From NCBI RefSeq assembly GCF_006345805.1, contig NC_043017.1:22444001-22508000 (forward strand): a stretch of 64,000 nt of DNA, given 5' to 3'. The stretch is from Octopus sinensis. Taxonomy: Eukaryota. The position numbers and the translations under genes were made by a program. A model generated the notes under the pieces. That model was not told where the DNA came from and ran no database searches. It saw only the letters and a list, made by a program, of their open reading frames with translations. Positions 52,559-64,000 of the stretch are shown piece by piece; the stretch's first letter is position 1, and every line of letters begins with the position of its first letter.

Positions 52559-53357
52559 CATATATATATACATATATATACATATATATATACATATATA
52601 TATATATAAATACATATATATACATATATATATATATAAAAATAATTTGTTATTAAGTTTATATGAAACAAAATGCTGTATTTATTTATTTATACTCTGA
52701 ACATTTTTTCTTTTTTTTGTCGAATAACTTAAGTAATTGGGGAGATCAAGTACAAATCATTCATTCAGTCTGGGAACCCACTACATATATATATACAGTT
52801 TGAAATATTGGTGGTCGTGGTATTTTCTTTTGTTGAAAAATCTTTTCAAAAGAATAGATTTAATGTAATGACATTAAAAAATAAAAACGATAAAAGGAGG
52901 TTAATGTAGTTCTGTAATAAGTTGTGTTTGAAAGCTATAAACATTGGCTTGAGTGAAATAAATATATTTCGAAATGAAAGAGGGCTCTCCATTTGCAAAA
53001 TGTATTTTCGCACACACACTTGTATGTATATATATGTATGTATATCTTTGTATGTATATATGTATATACATGCATATATATGTGTGTATATATATATGCA
53101 TATATGTGTGTATATATGTATATATATATATATATGCATATATGTGTATGTGTGTATGTATATGTGTGTGTATATATATGTATATATATGTGTGTGTATA
53201 TATATGTGTATATATATGTTTATATATATACATATATATATACACACACATAAATGTGTGCGTATGTATATATGTGTGTATATACACATTTATGTGTGTG
53301 TGTGCATATATATATATATATATATGCATGTATGTGTGAGTGTGTGTATACAGACAC

Positions 53358-53472
<115 letters not shown>

Positions 53473-53712
53473 TGCTTAAGATCGTTATGTTTGTTAGTGT
53501 ATTAACAAAATATAATAGTCACAAGATAGTAGCAGTGGTAGCATTGTCTGTTTAATGTCTGTGATTTACCATGCAGACATGGGTTGGCTGGGCATTTAAA
53601 AATAAAAGCTTTTCATCTGTTTTTTTAATCAGAATTCTATGAAGATGGTTATCAAAACACAAATATCATTATGCCTCAGCTTAGAATTTAATGTAATTTT
53701 ATTTTAATTCAG

Positions 53713-53743
<31 letters not shown>

Positions 53744-54951
53744 CAGTGAGGTGGGGTGAATTTGCAATAGATTTGGTAGTTATTTCTAGCAACTCAAGTG
53801 TTCGTGTGAAACAGTGGTTCTCAAACAGGGTCCATAAGGGCCTTAGAGGTCTCCAAAAGATTTTGTTGACAAAATATGTGTGCAATAAATTGGTTATATT
53901 TCTACAATACGCAGAATATTTTTAAATATTTCTGTCAAACCATCCAACCCATGCCAGCATCTCTTTCTCTCTTTTACTTGTTTCAGTCATTTGACTGCGG
54001 CCATGCTGGAGCACTGCCTTTAGTCGAGAGCAAATCGACCCCAGGACTTAATTTTTGTAAGCCCAGTACTTATTCTATCGATCTCTTTTGCCAAACCACC
54101 AAGTGACGAGGACATAAACACACCCGCATCGGTTGTCAAGCAATGCTAGGGGGACAAACACAGACACACAAACACACACACACATACATATATATATACA
54201 TATATACAACGGGCTTCTTTCAGTTTCCGTCTACCAAATCCACTCACAAGGCAGAAGACACTTGCCCAAGATGCCACGCAGTGGGACTGAACCCGGAACC
54301 ATGTGGTTGGTAAGCAAGCTACTTACCACACAGCCATTCCTGCACCTGGAATACAAATGTTAGATGATAATGGCGGCGGCGGCGGCGGCGGTGGTGGTGG
54401 TGGTGATGGTTCTCTTAGTTTCTACCAAACTATAAAACCTGGCTGATGTCTAGAATATTTTTGAAGACACACCAAGAAGTTATCTAAACATTAGCATCGG
54501 TCAATGATCTTACCAATATTTACAATTATTCAGTAACAGTATATAATGGAGGAGTTAGGGTTATGGTATCAAGTAGGAACCACCATGTTCTGGTTTCAAT
54601 TCTTGAGATGGTGTCCTTTGTTTTTCATTCTCTTGGGACTATTACCATAAACATCAGAAATATAATGAAACATAAATCAACTTTATTTCTTGCCTTATAA
54701 AAAAGAAATGGCAGTTTGCCCAAGGAAATGAATATTTTCTTTTAACTCAGCATAGAAGGAACCATTTTGAACAAAATTTATTAACTGTCTAGCACTAAGA
54801 CACTAAAAGACAATTTACAACCCAATGATAGAGCCTTTACATGATCGCTGAACTTGCTAGAAATAACAACAAAATCTCCCTGAAATTATACCCTAGCACA
54901 ATAAAATAAGATATAATGGATATTGAAGTTGATTATATATATATATATATA

Positions 54952-55497
54952 TCATCATCATCATCATCGTTTAGCGTCCGCTTTCCATGCTAGCATGGGT
55001 TGGACGGTTCAACTGGGGTCTGGGAAGCCAGAAGGCTGCACCAGGCCCAGTCTGATCTGGCAATGTTTCTACAGCTGGATGCCCTTCCTAATGCCAACCA
55101 CTCTGTGAGTGTAGTGGGTGCTTTTTACATGCCACCGGCACAGGTGCCAGACGAGTCTCGCAAACGGCCACAATCGGATGGTGCTTTTTATATGCCACCG
55201 GCATGGGGGCCAGGCGAGGCTGGTAACGGCCACGAATGGATGGTGCTTTTTACGTGCCACCGGCACGAGGCCAGTCGGTGCGGCGCTGGCAACGGCCACG
55301 TTCGGATGGTTCTCTTACGTGCCACCGGCACTGGTATCACAGCTGCAATTTCCATTGATGTTGGTCGATTTTGATTCCCACTTGCCTCAACAGGTCTTCG
55401 CAAGTAGAGTTTTGTGTCCCAAGAAGGAAAGGTATGCTTAAGCGGACTGGCTACATCCCGTGTAGAGGCCACGGGTTATGGTCTCACTTGTCCTGAT
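54952..55497 (-). mobile_element. Longer RTE-type 3' UTR/tail (family C) with internal CCGGTGGCACGTAAAAAGCACC repeats
   Basis: Several internal repeats of the motif; (ATG)n end at 54952. Confidence 0.8.
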
Positions 55498-56058
55498 ATA
55501 TATATATATATATTCTTTTACTTTTACTTGTTTCACTCATTTGACTGTGGCCATGCTAGAGCACAGCCTTTAGTTGAGCAAATCGACCCCAGAGCTTATT
55601 CTTTGTAAGCCTCATACTTATTCTATCAGTCTGTTTTGCCAAACAACTAAGTTATGGAGATGTAAACACACCCGCATCGGTTGTCAAACAATGTCGGGGC
55701 TGGACAAACACAGACACACATACACACACATGCATATATATATATTATATATATAAATATACACACAATGGGCTTCCTCCAGTTTCCGTCTACCAAATCC
55801 ACTCACAAAGCTTTGATCAGCCGAGGCTATAGTAGAAGACACTTGCCCAAGGTGCCATGCAGTGGGACTGAACCCGGGACCATGTGGTTGGTAAGCAAGC
55901 TACTTACCACACACACATATATATATATATTCATTTATTTATTTATTTATTTATTTATGATGGGATGGTCATGGTTGGGATGTATTTAATTATAAATTTT
56001 GCTTGGAGCTAATTGACAACCATTGTTTATAATATAAAAGGTTAGAAAAATCTGTTAC

Positions 56059-56268
56059 CAATAATCAATATACTCTTCATAGCATAAAATGGTTGGGACT
56101 TGGTAAGCAAAGCGTTCAGCTGGTGTTTAGAATATAAAATAGTAAAGCTCTGACATCCAACCAATGAGGCACTAGCAAGAACATAAAATGGTACAGATCT
56201 GGCAACCATTATGGAGCCATCATCCGGGGCATAAAATATTTCAAGTCTGGTATTGCAACCATCTTCAC
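56059..56268 (-). CDS. Candidate exon D of an unidentified coding-like region
   Basis: taattttatcag| then 69 open codons (EDGCNTRLEIFYAPDDGSIMVARSVPFYVLASASLVGCQSFTILYSKHQLNALLTKSQPFYAMKSILII), donor TTG|gtaaca; 210 bp. Confidence 0.45.
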
Positions 56269-56368
56269 CTGATAAAATTATCTAATCTTGACTAAATATC
56301 ATAAACTGGTAAAAGATATTCTCTAATTGAAAACAATAGTGACATGCTAAGACTGCGAAACAAATTAC

Positions 56369-56495
56369 ATTCAACTTGATCTGGGTATGCATTAGGTGCT
56401 ATAAAATGTCGTTCATAGGTCCTATCAAATTCAGAACACAGACTTTTATTGCTTGTACCAGTGATAAAGAGATGATTAAATCCATTATCATTCCT
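56369..56495 (-). CDS. Candidate exon C of an unidentified coding-like region
   Basis: cttccctag| RNDNGFNHLFITGTSNKSLCSEFDRTYERHFIAPNAYPDQVE |gtaatt; phases fit B (0) and D (1). Confidence 0.35.
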
Positions 56496-56562
56496 CTAGG
56501 GAAGCTTCACAGTTTCATCAAATGAAACCAGGCTGATATTATCCAATGAAAAGCATTTATAC

Positions 56563-56819
56563 TTTAAGAATGATGGCTATGATATATTTCCAGCACTCTT
56601 TTAACCCTTTAAAAAGTTTCTGATCTTGATCATCTCCTATACTATCCTCTCTGACAAAATTATTTTCAATAAACAAACTAATTGGATTACAACTATAGCA
56701 ATTTGAATCCATGCCTCGTATTTTATTCTCATGTTTTTTATTCATTTTTCTAATTACAAATAAATTAAAATTATATTGATTTTTACAAATAAAATTTTTA
56801 TATCTTTTCCCCTTTAGGA
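56563..56819 (-). CDS. Candidate exon B of an unidentified coding-like region
   Basis: cttctaatttgcatacag| 85 open codons in very AT-rich DNA ending ...KECWKYIIAIILK |gtataa. Confidence 0.35.
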
Positions 56820-57186
56820 CTGTATGCAAATTAGAAGGGTTTTTGTTTTTTTTTTAATATCTTTTTACTAACAGCCAAAATTTGTGGACAATTTTATAAT
56901 TTCATCACTGGCTTAAATTTTTGAACAGCTTTCACTGCTAAAATTTCAATATCTTCTTCACCAGCCATGCTTCACATACATGTTTTTTATGTCATTTCAC
57001 CCAAAACTATGAAAGTAATAGATTCTTCCAACAATTAATTAAAATATTATAAGAAGTACAATTTTTGTAATTTACTTAATCTTTACATTTTATTGTTATT
57101 TTAATTTTAACTTTTCTATTATATGTAATTTTCTAGATGGTGTAATTTAATTGTTCATTTTGAATTGATAAAAGGTGTTTTTTTTC

Positions 57187-57221
<35 letters not shown>

Positions 57222-57357
57222 CAATTAAGGATAAAATCTTAATAAGAAATCTTAACAAGAAATTATCAGGTAGTTAGCATGAAAAACCTCATAAGAGAAA
57301 AAAATCAGAAAATTTTTTCACTTGAAAATATTTATTTATATTATATAGAGGGCATTA

Positions 57358-57742
57358 TCTCTCTCTATATAAACGGCAGTTTGTCTGTGTGTGTTTCTGT
57401 GTGTCTGTTTGCTTGTACCCTCACCCTGACCACGGCTTTCAACCGATTCTGATGAAACTTGACACACACATAGCCCAATGTCATAATTCAAAACTAACGC
57501 AGCGAAAATTTTGAAAAGTTCCCCCAGTTCTGAAAAAAATCGATAAATTCGACATGGGGGTCGAGAATCAGAAACACAAACCACAAACTGTCTAGGGGAC
57601 GCAACTCCACCTTTTTTAACTCTCAAAAAAAATTTACCATCATTTTTTTCCATATTTTTGCTATTTTTTGGCTATAACTCTCTAAAAATGCTTTATAGTT
57701 ATTTCCCTTACAAACCTGAGCAACGCCGGGCGATACTGCTAG
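57358..57742 (+). mobile_element. Non-autonomous Helitron-like element (385 bp)
   Basis: A|TC 5' end, subterminal (TG)-rich stretch and CCGATTCTGATGAAACTT motif, GC-rich ...CAACGCCGGGCGATACTG-CTAG|T 3' end; inserted in an AT dinucleotide with no TSD. Confidence 0.7.
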
Positions 57743-57953
57743 TTACACATAAATGCCACATGCTAGGAAGGACTTTCAAAGTCATTACTACCAAAAAATA
57801 AACGAATCGTACCGAATGTAGCTCTCGAAGCAAGACATTTAAAAACAGAATTTATATATATATATATATTTTTATATATATATATATATACACACACAAG
57901 ATATTTCATGAAGCATAGATGATGTGAGTGTTTAGTAAGATGTTGTGTAATAC

Positions 57954-58253
57954 ATATGTAAGGAAAATTGCATTATATTGATTAAAATTACTGTATTGGA
58001 GGAGATTAGGAGTGATTTGGCCACTTCTGCTAACTCACCAATTGACTAATAATAATTAGAACAAAGAACCAAAACAAATTTTAAAAACAATTCTGGGTTG
58101 AAACACCTGATGAATGTTGGATGCTCTCTGATGACATCAGGTTCTCCCGGCCAAAGCTCCATTCACTTTGGAGAATGGAAAAAGCACCTCCTTCGAGGTG
58201 TTATTAATATATGTAAGGAAAATTGCATTACGTTGATTAAAATTACTGTATTG
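57954..58253. repeat. 45-bp direct repeats bracketing a 210-bp composite insert
   Basis: 57954-57998 versus 58209-58253, 2 mismatches. Confidence 0.85.
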
Positions 58254-59497
58254 AATGATGTGTAAGGGAGCGTTATGTAAAGTGTGTATATAAATGTTGA
58301 AAGAGGAAGAACAAGAGGAGAACAGGTACATAAATGCTGAAGATGAAAGTGGACACACAGAATGCATACATAAATTATGAAATTGAAAATAAATTTTATG
58401 GAATGATGTAAATATGTTCAAAATGAAAGTAGATTGTGTACTGAAGGGAAAGCAAATGTTATATACAAGTGCATATATAATAAAATATGTAGAATGAGTA
58501 CATAAATATAAATTTTGTTTTGAGTGTAAAGAGTAATGATTATAAATGGTTATGTGTTAATTATACAAAGACAGATGAGATAATAAGATGAGGTATGGTA
58601 TATAATTATGAATTCAGAATGCTGTAAGTTCTTTGGCTCCAAAATTATCACTGCTTTATATAGTATATGATATGTACTTAATTAGTGGAGGTAAAGACCA
58701 ACAGAGGTTGTGGGGAGGGGTAATCACTTTCAAAACTGTCATTGAACTACTAGTAGGAACCTAATGAACTCATGGACAAGCATTCGTACCACCCTGGAAT
58801 GGCCTGGGAACAGGGAGTGCAAGAGGTGCAAGTGCACCTCCTAAAAGTTTTGCAGGGTTGAAAGTCAAAATTTGTACTCCTGAGTACTCTTCTCGGGTTT
58901 ACAAAACAGTGCATAAGAAGCTTGAAGATAAATTTCTCCTCAAAGAACCAAAACAAATTTTAAAAACAACAAAAAAGCAAGAAGACCTCATTAGTAAAAC
59001 ATCTAGGACCTGGGTTTGCAACTCTAAGCAAATTTCATTCCTGAGCCAGAGCAACCTGGATACAATTCTTGATTGGTTATACAGTTGGTGAAAATTAAAT
59101 GATTTTCAGTGAAGTATAGGAGAGGTGGAAAGTAGATATTTATAAATTGATTTTGTTTTCGTATTTCGTTTGCAACATTCTTGATTTGAACCAATGAGTT
59201 GAAACAAGTTTTATCATATCTTGGGAAGGTCATTATGCCAATAATAAACACATGCACTGGTTCTATTTCTGTAATTATTATTAGTCAATTAGTTAAGCAT
59301 TTAACCAATTAATTAATTTGGTTAATCAATTAGCTAGGTTTATTAAAGTCCTTTTGACAAACCTGAGACAGATAGATCTGAAGTAGAGAGGGCATGTCAT
59401 TAATGAGTGGGAAAATGGTGATGAAAGGTCTTTGATAAACTAAGCTGATTGAGTGACTAACCAAAACAGTTAATCAAACAATCAATTAGTTAATTGG

Positions 59498-59711
59498 GTT
59501 TAAATTTTGGCACAAGGCCAGCAACTTTGGGTGAAGGGGTAAGTCAATTACATTGACCCCAATACTTGCTTGGTACTTATTTTATTGACCCCGAAAGGAT
59601 GAAAGGCAAAGTGGACCTCCGTGGAATTTGAACTCAGAAAGTGAAGTTGGATGAAATACTGCAAAGCATTTTGCCCAGCGTGCATACAATTCTGCCAGCT
59701 CACCACCTTAG
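59498..59711 (-). mobile_element. SINE family B with a 16-bp TSD
   Basis: TCAATTAGTTAATTGG at 59482-59497 and 59712-59727; other B copies at 45285-45475(+), 50140-50350(-) and 60530-60740(+). Confidence 0.88.
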
Positions 59712-62700
59712 TCAATTAGTTAATTGGTTAAATAGTTTAACTAGTTGACAAACAGTAATAAAAAAAGTGAAACAGTACCAGTGCATGTATTCATTATTGG
59801 CACAATGACCCTCCTGAGATACAACGAAATATATATTTACTTTCCAGAAATGTATCTTAATATTGTTTAGTAGTGTACAGAGAAAAATGATGATAAAATA
59901 CAAAGAGAAATACGATGAGATGTTACAGGGGTTATCTGAGAACAGCTAAGTTCATTTACACTTTATGTCAGCTCAAACATACACAAAGAGAGAGAGACAA
60001 ATTTAAGGTACGATACTAAGGGGATAAAACACTATTAATGAGATCAAGTATTTATATCCAATTTCTATATTAGTGCTGAAGTTAACAGAAAACAGTCAAA
60101 GACAAAGCTAAATCAATTAGGAGTATTCAGTTTTGCACCTCAGTGATCTCTGCTTAGGTTGTCATTATCTTTCATCTAGGTTAAGCAAAATAAGCACTAA
60201 AAGTGCAGTGGAGTTGGTTTTATCAGATGAAACCCACTTCTTCAAACATTTGGCACTACCAAAACTAATCTGAAAGTATTCTACCTGAAAATAAAATATG
60301 GTTCCATGAATTTTCTGACATAGACTAAGTTAGTGTTTTGCATGGGCTGGAAGCACTAAGAGAATTGAAATGGCTGCAGAAAAATTGCTGTATTTAATAA
60401 AATGAAAGGTATTTTAAATTTTTTAAGTTTGACCAATACCTTGACAAAGAAACCTTATATGGAGGAAACTATTTCGTCTTCACATTAATAAATGAAGCAA
60501 AAATTACTCTAATATTTTGTGGAGACAAAGGTGATGAGCTGGCAGAATCATTAGCAGGCTGGACAAAATGCTTAGCGGCATTTCATCTGTCTTTGCATTC
60601 TAAATTCAAATTCTGCTGAGGTTGACTTTGTCTTTTATCCGCTCGAGGTCAGCAAAATAAATACCAGTTGAGTACTGGGGTCGATATAATTGATTTTCCC
60701 CTCCCCCGAAATTGCAGGCCTTGTGCCAAAATTTGGAACCAATATTTTGGGTAAAGACAGATGTGCTGATATTTGATACTTTAAAAATCAATGGTCAAGG
60801 CTGAAACTGAACAATTTTTAATTGTCTCTCTTCTTTTTCTCTTTCTTCTTATTATCATTAAGGCTGAAATTGGAAGAGTTGTTAGAAAAATGCTTAGCAG
60901 CATCTCTTCTGGCTCATTACATTCTGGATCCAAACCCTGCAAAGGTCAACCTTGCCTTCCAGCATTTCAAGCTTGATAAAATAAAGGAGTGGCTGTGTGG
61001 TGAGTAGCTTGCTTACTAACCACATGGTTCCGGGTTTAGTCCCACTACATGGCATCTTGGGCAAAATGTCTTCTACTATAGCTCAGGCCAACCAGAGCCT
61101 TGTGAGTGGATTTGGTGGATGGAAACTGAAAGAAGCCTGTCGTATATCATATATAGATATATATATATTTATATATAGTGAGAATTAACAAAAAAAACAA
61201 CAAAAGACGAAGACGGGTGTGTAAACAACAAACCAATGTATTAGTTTAATGCTCAGGAAGTGAGAAAGTCTTTTACATTTCAAGTCTACGTTCTTCGACA
61301 GAGAGGATCACAGAAATAAACAGGGAGAGAAAATAGAAAATATATATGTATGTGTGTATCAAAAATAAGGGTGAAAAAATTGGATATTAATTTAATAATA
61401 CCATCAATTTAACACCAAGTGGCTTAGCGCATAAAAACCAGGGATACAATATATGTTTGTGTGTCTGTGTTTGTCTCCCCAACTGATGCTGGTGTGTTTA
61501 CGTCCCTATAACAAGGCAGTTTGGCAAAAGAGACTGATAGAGTAAGTACTAGGCTTACAAAGAATAAGTCCCGGGGTCGATTTGCTCGAATAAAGGTGAT
61601 GCTCCAGCATGGCCGCAGTCAAATGACTGATTTATATTAGTTTCTGATCTTGCATTGAGTAGACCATAACTACCAAGCTATTGTGTCAGTGTTAACTTTC
61701 AGGTAAGATTTTTTTTTCCATCTTCTTTTACAGGACATGATTTCTTAATGGAATTCCAAACTGTATTTTATAAACATGAGATAATAGAAAGAGAAATAAA
61801 GGAAAAAGAACATTGATAATTCTCTTAAAAATATAATTTAAAATATTTTAAATTATATAAATTAACACTTTGTAAGTTAATTTATTCCCCCACAAAAGGA
61901 TTTATGGCCAAGAAATACATCACCATATATATATATATGCATGTATATGTGTGTGTGTGTGCATATATATGTATGTATGTTCGTATGTATGCACATGTAC
62001 ATACGCTGAGTTCTGCATTCTGGGCTCTCAAGCATACAAGGGTGGAGTAGACTACTTGCTGGAAAAACTTATTTCATGGCTGAATACCTTTCCTACTACT
62101 AACCATTTAACTGTGAAGCTAGTGTGGTGCTTGTGTCATGTTCAGTCAGGCAAGAAGAGTTAGGTGCCTTGCCGAGAGGCATAGCAAAATGGTTGTAGCG
62201 AGAGATTGCTTCTAATTCTGTAATCAGTGGTCCGGCCCTCACCACCTTCGCACACACACACACACATACATACAAATTCCAAAATAAATGGTTATTCCAA
62301 GCAAGCAGCTACCTGTTGCATTTGCTTTAGTAGGTTTCATTACAATGATTTGTTCTGGTTTTTGCACTATTTCCATTATTAATTTAGTAAACTTTGAAAA
62401 CATAATTAATTTAATGAAATTATAGAAATTATTCTTAGAATAAATTGTATTTAACCACTTATTCCTCTCTCTCTCTCCACATACTAATATACATGTATAA
62501 ATGTATGTATGTGTGTGTATATGTATGTATGTGTATGTACAAATATGTATATATATTCTGTGGTTTTGCTGCTATTTTCATTTGAAGGTAAGGCATATTT
62601 TGATTTATTATATGCAACTGGGAAAGCAGTGTCTGTGAACTTTGCCACTTTTTGAGTTGAATATACCTGGTGTTCATCTTTCATTTCTCTGATTATATTT

Positions 62701-63197
62701 AATTAATTATACTTCCAAGTTTAGTAAATTTTAACACCTGAAGATGCATGCAAAGGTATCGTGAACAGAGAGTTCCAAAGAGTTACAACTTCAGGTACAA
62801 AAGATTGGAGAAGTGTTTAGTGCAAGATTAAGGTGTTAGAACCCTGATGGATTCACAATATGGGAAGAGGCAAAAGGGCAGAAGGAATTAGTCTGGTTTG
62901 AGAGTGGAGGAAGGGAGCATGATGATGCACTGCTTCCTGGTTTAAATTGAGAAGAAACTGATAAGTCTTATGTCAGTGGGAGTAGTAATGAAGATAAAGC
63001 AATAAAATATGTACCTCTGTGTGTGTAAGTATGTATGTATATATATATATATAACAATTGCAGCGTGGAAGGTGTTTATAAGCCATTTAAGAAACACACA
63101 AAACCGTTAGATTCACTTCAACATTTAAATTTAAATTGTTTTCGTTCCAGCACACAATCTCAGATCAAGTCACTAGCTATGCAAGTACATCTCCATA

Positions 63198-63233
<36 letters not shown>

Positions 63234-63562
63234 ACCCACTACACTCTCAGAGAGGTTGGTACTAGTAAGGATATCAAGCTGTAGAAACATTGCCAGATCA
63301 GATTGGAGCCTGGTGCAGCCACTGGCTTTCCAGACCTCAGTCAAACTATCCAAACCATGCCAGCATGGAAAACAGATGTTAAATGATGAGGATGATATAT
63401 ATACATGTATATTTTTTGTTGTATCTGGAGAGAGTCATTGTCTTTTAGTGCTTTATTACTTAACACACTCACAGGTTTGATTTCCCCTCATTTATTCATT
63501 TTTATTTTTTCTAAAATTTTCATTACATCTTGCAACCTCTTCAATGGTCGTTGACTCCATAC

Positions 63563-63593
<31 letters not shown>

Positions 63594-63595
<2 letters not shown>

Positions 63596-63745
63596 TGGGT
63601 GCGATGGGTAAATTGTCAACATTTTATATTATTAATTTTGTGCATACACATTGTTTGTTTTTTATTTTGTTGACTACACAGTATAGTAGGGTCAGTTGCA
63701 CACTGTCTGTGAGAAAAACAGCATCATGACACAATTCACTCTGTT
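63594..63745 (+). mobile_element. 5' end of a second maT-family copy
   Basis: ATGGGTAAATT...TGTCTGTGAGAAAAACAGCATCATGACACAATTCACTCTG aligns with 28561-28700; truncated by SINE A fragments. Confidence 0.75.
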
Positions 63746-64000
63746 TATGTCCCTGTAACTTTACAGTTCAGCAAAAGACACTGATAGAATAAGTACTAGG
63801 TTTACAAAGAATAAGTCCTGAGGTTGATTTGCTCGACTAAAGGTTTGTGTGTGTGTATGTTTGTGTTTCTGTGTTTGTTCCGCCAACATCGCTTGACAAC
63901 TGATGCTGGTGTGTTTGCGTCCCCATAACTTAGTGGTTCGGCAAAAGAGACCAATAAAATAGGTACTAGGCTTATAAAGAGTAAATCCCGGGGCCGATTT

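Noticed and set aside
56083-56102. 20-nt plus-strand micro-exon (catag|...|gtaagc) in phase with 47973-48126
   Set aside because: Overlaps the longer minus-strand open frame D; a phase match has a 1-in-3 chance probability.

Overview
AT-rich (TA/CA/GATA microsatellite-laden) eukaryotic DNA, almost certainly from an octopod cephalopod (Octopus sp.), judged from recognisable tRNA-SINE and RTE-tail families. It is intronic or intergenic in character. No complete, nameable protein-coding gene could be assembled. The long ORFs in the supplied track are microsatellite read-throughs, and only a few unidentified candidate exons are proposed. The window is dominated by several tRNA-derived SINE families, RTE- and CR1-type LINE remnants, a decayed DD37D (maT) transposon, MITEs, a small Helitron-like element and Penelope-like element (PLE) remnants. 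The most striking structure is a set of about ten fold-back (inverted-repeat) elements with 50-200 bp arms, most of them sitting in or beside (TA)n tracts. Several of them carry minimal type I hammerhead ribozyme motifs (CUGANGA / stem II / GAAA / palindromic stem III / GUA cleavage triplet), in at least four sequence variants that keep the same fold. One hairpin has an intact core on both strands, and another is an inverted duplication of PLE reverse-transcriptase sequence. A 5S rRNA copy fused to an RTE-type 3' tail (SINE3-like chimera) and a CpG-rich composite with a triple 235-238 bp tandem are also notable. All assignments were made by eye, with no database searches.
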